In this document: positions 13,201 through 25,735 of the stretch, piece after piece | Layout of the letters: each line of letters starts with the position of its first letter | Position numbering within the stretch: position 1 is the first letter of the stretch | Origin: Callorhinchus milii | Lineage: Eukaryota | Reading direction: 5' to 3' | DNA length: 64,000 nucleotides | Assembly (NCBI RefSeq): GCF_018977255.1 | Contig: NW_024704742.1 | Location: forward strand, 130,884,001 to 130,948,000 | The notes under the pieces: model-generated | What the model saw: only the letters and a program-made list of their open reading frames with translations | What the model was told of the DNA's origin: nothing | The model's database searches: none | Program-made: the position numbers and the translations under genes

Positions 13201-15439
13201 TCCTCACTTCATTGTAGACTCAGATCTTCAATCTTCAAAAACTGAAGATCAAGAAGATGGGTTGTATCAATTTGTTTAGATGTACGAAGTAACATCTTTT
13301 TGTCATTTTAATTTTCTCTGAATGTGGGAGGGAGAAGATAATTTTTTTTAGGAAAAGTAGACTTTGGATATAAAATGGTCATTACAATGTAAGGAGTAAA
13401 ACATATTTCAATCTGATTTTTATTTGCTGTACTCTATGACCACGGCAAACATTGAATGCAGTTGCATTTTGATATTTAATTATATAGAGGAACAAAAAGA
13501 GGAATTAATTCCTCGCTTAAATCAGTGTACCACAGGAAACCATATGTACACTGCCCACTCCATAGCTCTTTCAAAGCTGCAAAAAGACCCCAAATGGCCA
13601 ATTTTGCTGTTCTGCAATCTGCTGCAGAAATGCTGCATTGAAAGTTCTGGAGAGAGCAAAGACAGTGTGATAAGCATCTTTCGGGTTTGTACTGCATGGA
13701 TGTGAATCAAGTCGCTCCTAAAACTACCTCCTCCAGAGAGTGTCAGGCAGTGAAACCCCGTTTATAATGCACATTTGATGACAGATGGCTGCCAAAATCC
13801 CTGCCAGTTGCTTATAAGTATCTCATAACTAAGGCAAGCTATTCAAGTGCAGGATTTTTTTTTAGACATTAGTTTCAGAGACATCGATTTCTATGAGGTA
13901 GACCGTATACCTGAAACAGTGTTTTTTTTATCAGATTTTCTTTTAGAGGAGAGGGGGCTCTACTTGTTAAAACAGATTACATCTTGCACTTTCTGTAGAT
14001 GATCAAAGTGAGCAGCAATAATAAAAACTATGTTTGTGTGCCTATAATAGATATAAAAAAACTTAAAATCCAAAGCTTATTGCGTTACTGTCAGTGGACG
14101 AATCAAACAGATGGGGAGAATTTTAATCTTGGGAGCCATTAAGCTGGGTAAGGCAACTAAAATGCATTGGGCTGGAGTACAGGAGCCTCACACAGGACCT
14201 TCTAGACAGCTTTACATTTTTTTTATTTAAAACGCATGAAAAAAAACCCTGGAGCTTCCTAGTAGTGTTCCGCGCTGCAGAGATATCATTAAAATGCCGC
14301 TCGGCATCTGTTAAACACAATGAACAAGAGAAGGGGTGCCAGCAGAATCTGGAATGGAGCAAGCAATCTTGGAGCCATAAATCCCAAAGTTACTATTTTA
14401 TGCTCTGCTTGAAGCAGCACACACTGTTTACTACTCAAACCAGATCCTGTTTTTACACTAAAGGTTTGATACCTATAATTGTTTTGTTTTTTAAAATCAA
14501 TATTTTAACTTAACCATAAACCTCACAAATATTCAAATAAATTCCACTTTTTTTAAAAGCCCTTTTATGTAGAATAAATTCTGGTTACTTCATAAAGTTT
14601 ACTGACTGTCATAATTGTTCTCTGCAAATTAAGTATGTCCTGTGAATTATGGAAATATAATGCATATTTTACAAGGAATAACTGAAGAGAAAGGCATAAC
14701 AAATGCTTAGGAAATTCTGTTAGATGAACAAATGAAGCAGAAGATTAAAAACCATTAATTAAAAATGGAATGGAAGGGAGCATTTCTATGGTGGGAAGGA
14801 AGCCTGGCTTGATTTACGTAGGAATGGAGGAGACTTTTCTGATGTTCGGTAGCGGAAATTGGCCCCAAAGGTAGGTTTCTGTGGTGTGAAGGTGTAAACC
14901 ATGATGAGTTGAATAGCCTTTTTCTCATTCAATGCTTACTGTATCATTTATCAAACCAATTAATAACTAAAGCACACAAGTATATATATATATACACACA
15001 AACAACAAATTGGATTTATATAGATTAGCAACTGAGGAAATGAAACCAACCTAAGCAGCAACATCAGCTGTTAGTACTTTCTTAGGTTCTGGTCTCCATT
15101 ATATAAGATTATTTTGTGGTTCTACTTTCATGTTTCAAATAGAAACCACTAGTTTACATGTTGACTACTAGCAAACTCGTAAAAGCAGGAAGTATTTCCA
15201 AGCTTCCTTTCCAAAATGATGGAAAGAGTCGTTGCTTCCCAGCTTCATTCCGTCAATTCCTCCCCGCCTACAGGGATGCTCTGGTCAAAGGCATCAACAA
15301 AGTTTTCTTTATTTGCAGCCTGGAGTCCCTATACCTTATTGTCCTCACTTATCTATTTGCTGCTTAATGTAATAATATAATAAATATAATATTTACCTTT
15401 GATAGGTGAGTTTGCGTCCATTTTGACCCCATTCTTTGG

Positions 15440-15785
15440 AATATAGAGGAACTATTTTGTCTAGACAGAGAAACAGTTTGTCTGATGAGGGAATGTAGAA
15501 CAAGGGGGCATAATTGTAAGATTAAGACAGTCAGAAGTGAAACCAGGAAGAGTTTTTTCCCACAATGGTTGTGAACATCAAGAATTCTCTCCCCCAGAAA
15601 GCTGTGGATGCTGAGTCAATTGGAATTTTCAAATCTGAGGTCAGTAGATATTTGTTAGGTAAGGGTATCAAGGGATATGGAGAAAGGGTAGATAAATAGA
15701 GTTGAGGTACAGATCAGCCATGATCTAACAGAATGGTGGAACAGGCTCAATGGTCTGAATAGCTTACTCCTGTTTCTATGTTCCT
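15440..15785 (+). mobile_element. CR1 LINE 3' end (ORF2 end plus 3' UTR)
   Basis: aattctctcccccagaaagctgtggatgct...aagggtatcaagggatatgg...gatcagccatgatct...ctcctgtttctatgttcct, a characteristic chondrichthyan CR1 terminus (from memory). Confidence 0.8.
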
Positions 15786-17853
15786 AATTTCATTCTTGGA
15801 ATCCCTCCATCTTGCCCCTCCCTCTCCGCTTAAGTTACCTTACAACTATTGGTTTGAGTGTTTCTCGGATAGACACAGAAGAAAATTTCTCCCTTAATTG
15901 GATTAGCTTTAAGAATCATGGGTTCTCCATCGTGGAGCTTTGGTTTTCTCTGCAATTTACATCTTTTCTGGTTTAATTTGTTAGACACACACACAGATGT
16001 TAGTTATGTAACGTACTGCTTGAAATGATGCTTCCTTTGTTTTGATGCTTAAGCAACCTCACAGAAAAAAAAATAAGCAAAGCTTTAGTTGCTAGCATTT
16101 GGAAAATTTACCCCATCAGCGCTACAAGATCCGATCTCTTGCCAACGGTGTATGATAATCCTTGCATTTGTTCAGAAGTCTCAAAGTGCTTCACAGGATT
16201 TTACTGCGAAGTGCAGTGACAATTTGAAGGCAAGCGTGGCTGCCAATTTGTGCACATTAATATCCCCAAAATGCCTGCAAAAGTGAATGACCAATTTTTT
16301 TTTCTCTGGAGTATTGTTGGCCAGGAATATACAAGGAGGAGTGAGGCTCTCCTGTTGATTAGAGGGTGGGTGGAAGCTGGAGGGGATGTATTTAAGCTTT
16401 TTGTGTACAGATTCCCAAGTAAATTTGACCTTTCTGCAGGGGCTATAGGGACCAATGCTCACTTATTTTCTGCCTCCTTCTGAAACCTTGTAGAACACAA
16501 AAATTATTTAATCTTTTTTTCACAGTCAATTGCACTTGCCAGCAGGTCTGATGGATCTAATAAAATAATTATCAGGATGTCTGACATTGCATATTAGTTT
16601 GCTTATTCTTCAACCAATACTGAATTGCATTTAAAAAAAATCCTAATAATATTTTAAGGGAAAATAATTGCTTAATTAAAATGCATTCTTTACTGATTCT
16701 TACAATGCAAAATAAAAGTGTGGATTGATTCACACTTTTGAATCAGAAATAGCATGAGGAATGCATACAATCTACCCAGTATGCAGACTTAGCCGACCGC
16801 TCTTACTTCTAGATGGATCTCTGAATACATTTTCAGGTTAGGAAACATTTTTATTAAAGGCTTACCGCTGTGTACAGCTTGCAGAGGTTGGGGTTTAAAA
16901 TCAAATTTATTCTCCAACAGATGGCAGTTAGTCTAACGTTTTGGAAATAACTGAGAATCTAGCCCCTAAATGAATTTGTTTTCTCCTCATCCCTCTAGCA
17001 AGAGCTCCAAAAATTACCATGCTCTGTATTTTCAAATAACAGAACTGGCAGCGATCCGGAAAGAATAGCTTGCTTGACCAGCGGCACTAACTCAGTGTGC
17101 AGCAAACTCTGCCCATACAACCTTTGTGTACATGTATGTATCTATGTGTGTTTGGTTTTTGCAGTGCCTGAGGCAATCTCCAGTCAAGGAAATAATTCTA
17201 TTTTTTTAAAAAAAATCTTGGGAAATGAGTTTTGCACACTGAATGTTGTAACCAAGAGTTCTGGCGGTACATTTTGCAAAATCCTGTGTAGAATAATTTC
17301 TAATACTGTACTTGGAATTTTTATGCCACTTCACCAATAGCTGATAGAGGGATTGTAGATGCTGCCCTGTGTGAGGGGCGCTATGTAAATGCAAGTTGTT
17401 GTTAAAAGTACATGGGGGAAGGGGGAGAAGCAAACTGGGGTTGCCACTGCTAATTTGTCATGGGCTCCTCATGGTTGATTCACTGAAATCTGGAATTTAC
17501 AAGAAGAATATACTGTATTAGTTTGCTTTTTTTTCTATTTTGAATACCATTATATAGTGTAGTAAGAAATGTGTGGTTATTTTACTTTCCTCAAAGGCTA
17601 GGTCAAGTGCTTTAAGATGTCTCAACGTGATAAGGCACTATATAAATGCAAGGGTTATTATTACTAATTTATTGAGGCATTTTGTTGTTGAAAATTAACT
17701 TTAAAATAAAGGCATCTTTATATTTATTTCAGCATTATAAATTCAACCTAAGTTTTACTCCTTTGTATATTCTGCTTTCACAATTTGCAGAATCAATCTT
17801 GTACCGTTTATGTGTTAGAAAATGTCTGTGTGATTGGAGGTCATGAAGTAAAA

Positions 17854-18027
17854 TTGTTCCTGAAAGGGATATAAGTTAATGATAATCTGAAGAGGCAAAT
17901 TGACAAAGTTGGTGTAGTATTGCGGTCTGTTACTCAACATTCTGGAGTGAAAAGTACATTCATCTGCGACAATAGCTGGGGATTAAAAGAGGCAATTTTG
18001 TGAAAGTTTGAGACCAGAAATTTATGA
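17854..18027. repeat. Arm 1 of a ~175-bp inverted duplication (partner 19107-19280)
   Basis: Reverse-complement match read directly, e.g. gaaagtttgagaccagaaatttatga against tcataaatttctggtctcaaactttc. Confidence 0.95.
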
Positions 18028-19106
18028 GTGATGATGTTATAAGTAAATTAAGAAGCCTCCTCAGGAATGAAATAATCCCTGTAATTTACCACGAGTGCTG
18101 CAGTAGTCCTTTATTATTTATTCATGACTAAGTTTTAAAAGGATATTAAATAGTTTTGAAAGGCCAAAATTTCCATATGGCATGTACTGCTCCATTGATT
18201 GTGCATGCTCGGTGGTTTTTGTATTTTAAATGTGGGAAGTATCATAAATTTGTGAAATATCTATAATCATTTTCACCACTGTGAAATAACACTTCCCTGC
18301 ACAACAAATAAAACTGTCATGAGCATTGATTAAAACATTTTGGATTTTTTTTCAAATTAGCCATTTTCAAAGCTATTTTACTTTTTAGGACCAAATAGTT
18401 ATGGGCACATCATTCTCCATCGCACACTGCTATTTTTACAATATTCATATTGGGTAACAAATTGGTTTGAAGTTTCTGTCCCTTGATACCATACTATTAA
18501 GTAAAATAAATTTGTACCATTTAAAATTACATGAGAGCTAGTCCCTTGGGTGCACTGAAACGTACCTTCAAGCTGGTTCAACAACAATAAATGGCGTTTA
18601 TATAGAGCATTTCACGTAGGATGGCATCTCGGAATGCTTCGGAGGAAAGGTTTTAGATACCTTGCAAGGGAGGAAGGGATGGGTTGATGCCCATAGATGT
18701 GCTCAGATATCTTTGGGTGAGACTTAAGGACTGACAGAGAGTGGGGGAGATCTAGGGGTAGCTGCTGGAAAGATTAAATCAAATGCGCGAAAGGCCTTAT
18801 TCATCATCGTGTAATAAGATTGCACACGGTTTTTATTATGAGTCAGTACAAATTGTTCATTGATTAATTAATAATTAAATCTTTCTCTCAATTAGCAACT
18901 TAATATATCTAACATGGATTCCTTTTATAAATAGTTGTTGAGTGCTTCAAGTAATTTGAGCTGATAAAGCAGCAATCCAAATTCTAAAGAAGTGAGATAG
19001 ATTGACTGAATGGCCTTTTTCTCAAATTGTTACCGGGCAACTATTTGGTCAGATGAAGCTGTTTATTAATAATAATATCATTGTATTTGATATCGTGCAT
19101 TTTACG

Positions 19107-19280
19107 TCATAAATTTCTGGTCTCAAACTTTCATAAAATTGCCCCCTTTAATCCCCTGCTATTTGTTGCAGATAAATGCCGTTTCACACCAGAATGTTGA
19201 GTAAGAGACCGCAACACTACACCAACTTTGTCAATTTGCCTTTCCAGATTATCATAAACTTTCATTCCTTTCAGGAACAA
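19107..19280. repeat. Arm 2 of the ~175-bp inverted duplication (partner 17854-18027)
   Basis: As for arm 1. Directly preceded by a minus-strand SINE tail stub at ~19067-19110. Confidence 0.95.
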
Positions 19281-21081
19281 GTACTTGTCAGGTTTTACTG
19301 AGCACTCTTGAGGCATTACTCAGGAGTGCTCAGTAAAAGAACACTATAAATTAAAGTTGTTGTACTATAAAGAAATTGTATTTTATAAGCAAATTTAGCA
19401 GACAATTTGTTCACGACAATGCTCCAAACTGCTCTTGTGTAGTTTTTTTTTAGTAATATTGTAACTGGAACACACTGACAGCTACTGGATTCCGATATGT
19501 CGAAGGAATCGTTTTGGAATGATTTTGAGGATAGCTTAGATGGGCCAATAGATAAGTTATTTTATGCAATGCAGGCTTCGATAAAGGTAATAATAAATAA
19601 ATAATAAATATTGAATGGAAAAACATAATCATTGCGTTTGGTATGACAACTTCCTGAGCTAAAATGACAGGATCGTGAATCTGACATTGATGAAAACTAA
19701 TATGAAAAATTGATCTTATCTGCTGTAGCCTATTCTTCTGTAATATATAAGCATAAGTTATTTCTTCTTACCCTATCAGCATATCTTCTATCTGTATTAT
19801 ATCTATTGCTAACATAATTGCTTTAGATGCTATTTGCTGCTATCTGCGATTTGCTTTTCTAATGGCTTCTTTCCTCTTTAATGCCACTTTTAGTTAATGT
19901 CAACTGACTCCCACTTCTCTCTATTCTTTATTTTCCTGTTGTTTAAAATATTTTGAGCTTTCATGATAGTTTTGATCTCTCTATTTAGTCACTTTGGTCT
20001 TGGTTCTACTATCTTTTTTGATATAAAGGAATATATTTTTTTCCACATAATTTGAAAATGGTTCTAAAGTAATTCCTTTTTTTCAGTTTTATATTCTAGT
20101 TCTGCTGCTCTGATAATTCTCCTCAAAGCTCTTCTTATCTCTTGCTCTAAAATGTAATGATGCAACTAAAATTCATGCAATGCTAATACAGTATTTCATT
20201 CTGCTGTGCGCAATTGGCTGCCGCGTTTCACCAAGAAAATACAGTCAATTCAATTTAGAGTCTATTCTGTGAAGTGCTTTGAGACATCTCAACGACGTGG
20301 TAAGGCGTCATATCAAATGCAAGGATTATATACTCTCTATAAATTTAGATTTCCCTTTTAAGAGATTATTTATACAAGATACATCTAGAAAATTAAAACA
20401 ATATTGTATGCAGCATGTTTTAATGGTTACCCTTATAGCAATGGCTTGCACAGCAATACCTGTTTTATTAATGCGTACAAATCCCATTTACGTTTAACTG
20501 TTGTTGTCAGTGTCTAATAGTTGGTATTCACTAAGCCATATTTCTCTTGATATTTCTACCACTACATTTTTTTTAGATTATTAAAAGGCCCCTGGAACTA
20601 AATATAATTAATTGTAATTGCATATTATCCATAATATTCTATGAATGAATGTAAAAAAAAGTAGCATTTGTAATGTTCAGAAAAAAATATTTTGAGTTGC
20701 CAGTGCTTGAATCTTTGAAAGGATAATACTAATAATAATCTATTTGATATAGCGTCTTATCACGTAGTTGAGATGCCTCAAAGCACTTCACAGAATATAT
20801 TGTAAAGTGTGTTTTGTGGGCACAACAAAATATCAAATTGTGTAATGGCTTTTTTTTCCCCACTATTCTCTTACCTAACTGTAACATGTATTAGATTTTT
20901 TTTAAATTGTTTTTGAAAGTAGAACATTATATAATATTAAGTTGCTCTTGAAAGTAGAAAAATTCATCAGTTTTAATGCCAACAAAAATTGCGTTCCTGT
21001 GATCCTACCTTTGATCCCACTCACTCTTAGGGATGATGTTACAGTCTGAGAATTTGATGACTCTTCAATCTCCTATTACAG

Positions 21082-21281
21082 GTACTTTGATTTGAGAAAA
21101 GACCCTTTCCATGGTTGTTTACAAAGTGAGGCCAAATATGTGGAGACACCAACTACAGAACCACAGGAACGATTAAGTGCTGGGAAGAACCTGGTAGAGT
21201 TGTTTGATCCAAAATTGGATACTGTTAGGGGCACAGCTTCCTTGCATACAGTTGGAGATCTAAATAGACAACAAACAACAG
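21082..21281 (+). CDS. KIAA1328: KIAA1328 coding exon (200 bp, phase 2 to phase 1)
   Basis: Acceptor ctcctattacag|G and donor ACAG|gtaatt. Continues the frame of the previous exon (AG+G = Arg, then YFDLRKDPFHG...NRQQTT) with no stops. Confidence 0.85.
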
Positions 21282-22403
21282 GTAATTATTTTATCTTATT
21301 TTCCTTCCATTCAACCTATGTCCTTTGTAATAACAGTTGAGTATCGTCATTTTAAACCCTTTGAATTCTCATGAATATAAATTAAGTCATAAAAAATGAT
21401 CCCCTGTTTTGAAAGTCAGCCTGGAATAGATTTTTGTTAGCTAGATAAGTGAATGGTTCTGGGTTTGAGAATTCGAATGATATTTAAGGATATAAACGAA
21501 GGTTTTAGTATTTTTAGACTGCTTGATATGTGTAATGTATCCTACTCGGTCTCAGCTGTTTATTCTAACGAGAAAAGTTCTGCTTAAATAATTTCTGATT
21601 CACAAAGACAAACAAAACAGCACTCCTGAATATTTTTCCATCTATTCTACTAGCTGTCCTTAAAAAAAAGACTGCTCCTTTTCCATAACCCCAACAGCAG
21701 TGGACTCTGTGTCCTATTGAGTATTTGATGATTTGTCTGCATTAATCCTTCAATTATGCTTATGTTTATTAATATAGATTTTATGTATGTATATGCATAT
21801 AAGAGAGAGAAATAATGCTCTTTTTTTAAAGAATTTATCAACAAAGTATTAACACCTTTTGCACAGCAATTATTCTTTTCTGGAGAACATAATTCTTCTA
21901 TCTCCAATCTTACTAGAGGTTTTTTTACTTTGACCTGGTTGTTACATAGAACTATAGTTTTGTGAAGCACTGGAAAGATCATTAAAGTGAAAAATAACTA
22001 TTCTAAAAAATAATCTTCTCCTGGTCTATCTCATAATTCAATTGAATTCTTCAACAAATAGTTATCTAATTCCTACTTGTATTTGACATAATAAGCATCC
22101 ACCAATCTCTGGATAATCTATTCCACATATTTATATTCTGTGTAAAATAATACATCTGAATTGTCTGTTCGCCTTTCCTTTTCTGAGCTTGATTCTGTAA
22201 ATCACCTTGTTCTAGATTTGTTTACCATGTTAAACACCCTATCAGGGTTCAAACTTATATATTTTCAGGTTCTTGAATAAGAGAAACTCCTGATAACTCA
22301 ACCCTGACTGCATTTATTTATGTATTTATATGTATATATATTTTATATATGCCTAACTTGCAACTCTTTTGTCTACTCAACTACTTCATGGCTCTTTATG
22401 TAG

Positions 22404-22512
22404 GGACTCCATTGACTTCTAAAAAAGATGTGGCTACCTCTCCTGTGCTAATATTCAAAAAGGTTAACGATGCAACGGGGTCAACTTCGCCGATATGGTC
22501 TGAAACATCAAG
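22404..22512 (+). CDS. KIAA1328: KIAA1328 coding exon (109 bp, phase 1 to phase 2); absent from the ORF track
   Basis: Acceptor ctctttatgtag|GG and donor AAG|gtaggt. Encodes (G)TPLTSKKDVATSPVLIFKKVNDATGSTSPIWSETS, resembling the remembered human hinderin segment RKDASTSP. Its length exactly fixes the phase between the flanking exons. Confidence 0.85.
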
Positions 22513-24399
22513 GTAGGTTATTTTAAGCTTTTTGTACTAGGGCCACAATGTGTTCCCTTCAATAGGTAAGCAACTGCTTTACTGAAATTACCGCATTACG
22601 TCTGATGTAAGGTGGAGTGTAAATTATTTAAATTCTAGATGACGAAGAAGCTACAGAAGAACTCCAATGAGATGTTTCATTATAATACATTAGTAACTGG
22701 CTAAAGGGAAGAAGAGAGGATGGTTGTTATAGGGGAATTTGGGTCGAAATAGGGGAGGTTTTGAGTGAGTTGCCTTAAAGGTCGGGATCTTGTTCTGTCA
22801 CAAAATAGGTTCTATGGTAGCTGCACACACACAGTATGACTGTTTCAGTAAAACATATTTTTATATTTGCAACCAGAATATTTCACTGGGATTGAATTCT
22901 GAGAATTAAACCAATATTTATCCAACCAATTAATTCAATGTCTGGTGAAAAAATATCTAGCTGTTAATATGTGCTAGCATTTTAGGGACATCAGAAACAA
23001 CTGGAAACACTCTTCCTGTATCATAGAATTTTGGCCAAAGCCTATTTTGGCCTCCTGAAGGCCATGTCACCAGTTTCCATTCAACTTGTTATGTTGAACA
23101 GCTAGGTTTTCTCTATGTAGGATTGTCTGATGTTTTGTGCTTCAAACTGACATGAACTGAATGTCACAGGTGTTTGTTCTCTTTCTTTAAGGTAAATTTC
23201 AATATATTGATGAACTAATGCCACTGGAGGTAAAATAAAAACTGATTTGAAGCTTTAGATGGAATAAAATCTTTTACACATAAAATAAACTGTCAATTCA
23301 CTTTACGGTATATTCTGTGAAGCACTTTGAGACGACACAACTACGTGATAAAGCACTGTATCAAATGCAGGTATTATTATTCAAGTTCAAGAAGAAAGTT
23401 TTACTAAGGTCAAAGTGGAAATCATCATTTTACTAAAATGAATATTCCCATGATATGTACTGCAACACACATACCGTAATGGTGACCATTACAATGTCTA
23501 ATAAATCTTAAAGAAATTGTGATTTTTTTAAAGATAATAGGGTAGTTATCATGACTTTTTGGTCACCCTGTACTTGTCTGTGTTGCTTTTTCATCTATTA
23601 TCTGTCAATCATATTTATACTGCTTTCCTAACCATGAGGGAGGCAAAGAAAAGAGACTGTGTGCACTGCAGCATCTGTTGGCCTGTGGGCATGAAAGTTT
23701 GTGATTCTAATGTTACATTCACTACATCCCTTGGATAAATAATTACAATAGTTTGATGTTGTGCCAAATCTTGACTTTCAAATATTTTTATGACTTTCAG
23801 GGAAACTTCCCCTGTTATTGGTCATAATTGCTGCACGTCTCTTAATCACAATTGTGTACCTTTCTTGTCAAATTGCAAAGGAAGATCCAAAATAACATTA
23901 TCTTAAGTGTTGGAATATGATTGTCAGATTCAAGAACGGTGTTGTCTTCCTAGCATTTTAGAGGCATTGAAAACAACTGGCATTCTTCTCAGTGGACCAT
24001 AGATTCCTAGCCAAAGCTTATGTTAGCATCCTGAGGGGGATAGCACCAGCCAACTTATATTATTACTGATTTCCAGGAAAAATAAAAATTGGATATTTAA
24101 TTTTTTTTGATATATTGCCAATTCCAAATCTCCTCCATAATACAACTAGTTGCAAATTGCTACTATGACTGATAAGCAATACAAGAAAAAGCAACACAGA
24201 AACGTATATGGGTGCAGTAGATTGATTTTCATTAGTTAGTTCAGACAAAACTTTTATGGCAAAATTATGCTTTTTTGACCCTCACAAAAGATGGATCCCA
24301 CATGAAATTAATAAATCTCCAGAAGAACATGGAAGCATAAGCACCTTCTTTACTGAAGCACTTGGCAGATTGGAGTCCAGGGAAGTTTGGATGAGTTTC

Positions 24400-24875
24400 C
24401 AGTACCTCCATTAGTTTAGAAGGTTGTGGGTTCAAGTCTCACATTGGAACTTGGTTTATACCCAAGGTTAATATGTCCTTTAAATGAAATGTTGAACTGA
24501 GGCAGCATATCAATGATAATAATAATAATCCTTGCATTTGATATAGCGTTTTTCACGTCTTCTAGACATCTCAAAGCACTTCACAGACTGAAAAGTGAAT
24601 TGACTGTATATTTGTGGGCAAAATACGGCAACCAATTGTGCACAGCAGTGTCCCACAAACAGTCGTGGATTGACGTGACCAATTTTTTTTTCTTTGAAGG
24701 ATTTATGATGCTATTGAAGAAGGGAGTTTTTTCCCCAGTGTTCTGGTTAAATCCTCAAGATGAATCTATTATTTACATCATGGCTGTTTATGGGATCTTG
24801 CTGTTTGCACATTGCTGCTGCATTAACCAAAAAAAGGCACTAGACTGGACAATAACTGTAAAGTGCTTTGAATGC
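24400..24875. mobile_element. Nested SINEs: family B (+) interrupted by a family A 3' half (-) at ~24512-24703
   Basis: B head aaggttgtgggttcaagtc lies before the insert and the B core ctattgaagaagggagtttt...ccagtgttctgg lies after it. The insert begins with (AAT)n ccttgcatttgatatagcg. Confidence 0.75.
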
Positions 24876-25735
24876 TTAACATGCAACCTGCTTTCTTTCT
24901 ATAAGAAATTTGGAGAGAGCGATGTCCCTGAACAGTTAGTACAATTTAGTAATAAATTGGTAAAATGCTGAAAAAACAAGATGCAATCTGGCAACTCAGT
25001 TGAGCTCTGGCCAACCTTCTGAATAGAAGTGCTGATGAATGGAACAATCTTGGCATTCCTGAAATTTCTCTTGATCAGAAACACGTGAGAATTAAAATTT
25101 GGGGTGATTTAGGGAAAGAACTAAAAATAAATACTTACAGATATTGTAAGGGAAAGCTATGTGATGCCAGAAAATATTTTCTAAAGGGGCAGAAATCCTT
25201 CGCAGTAGTTATTGTATTGTATTATCCAGTACTGGATTGGACTGACCTAGTCGCATTATATTTTATATCCAAATTTTATATCCAAGTATCTATTTGGGAT
25301 TACAACAACAATGTAGTGCCCTTCACATGGGTAGCTTCTTGGAGTACTTAACAGTAGTGAGGTTTGAGGCAGAGCTAGAAAGGCACGGTCAAAGGAAATT
25401 CTTCAGGTATGATCTCAAGATGGGCAAGGAGGAGGCAGGGAGTTCTAGAGATTCAGGACATAGTGGCTGGTAGCACGGCTGCCGAACGGTGGAGTGGCAG
25501 GGGTCGAGGGACGCTTAGAAGGCCTGAGCCAGCTCAGTGAAGGATGCAGGTAGAGGAGTGGACCATAGGAATTGCTAGACGAAAAAAAGACCAATGTCCA
25601 TCTAGTTTGCCTTCTACCATCAATTGGCTGCCACATTTCGTCCATAAAATACACAGTCCACTTTGCAGTATATTCTGTAAAGTGCTTTGAGACGTCTCAA
25701 TAACGAGATAAGGCGCTATATCGAATACAAGGATT

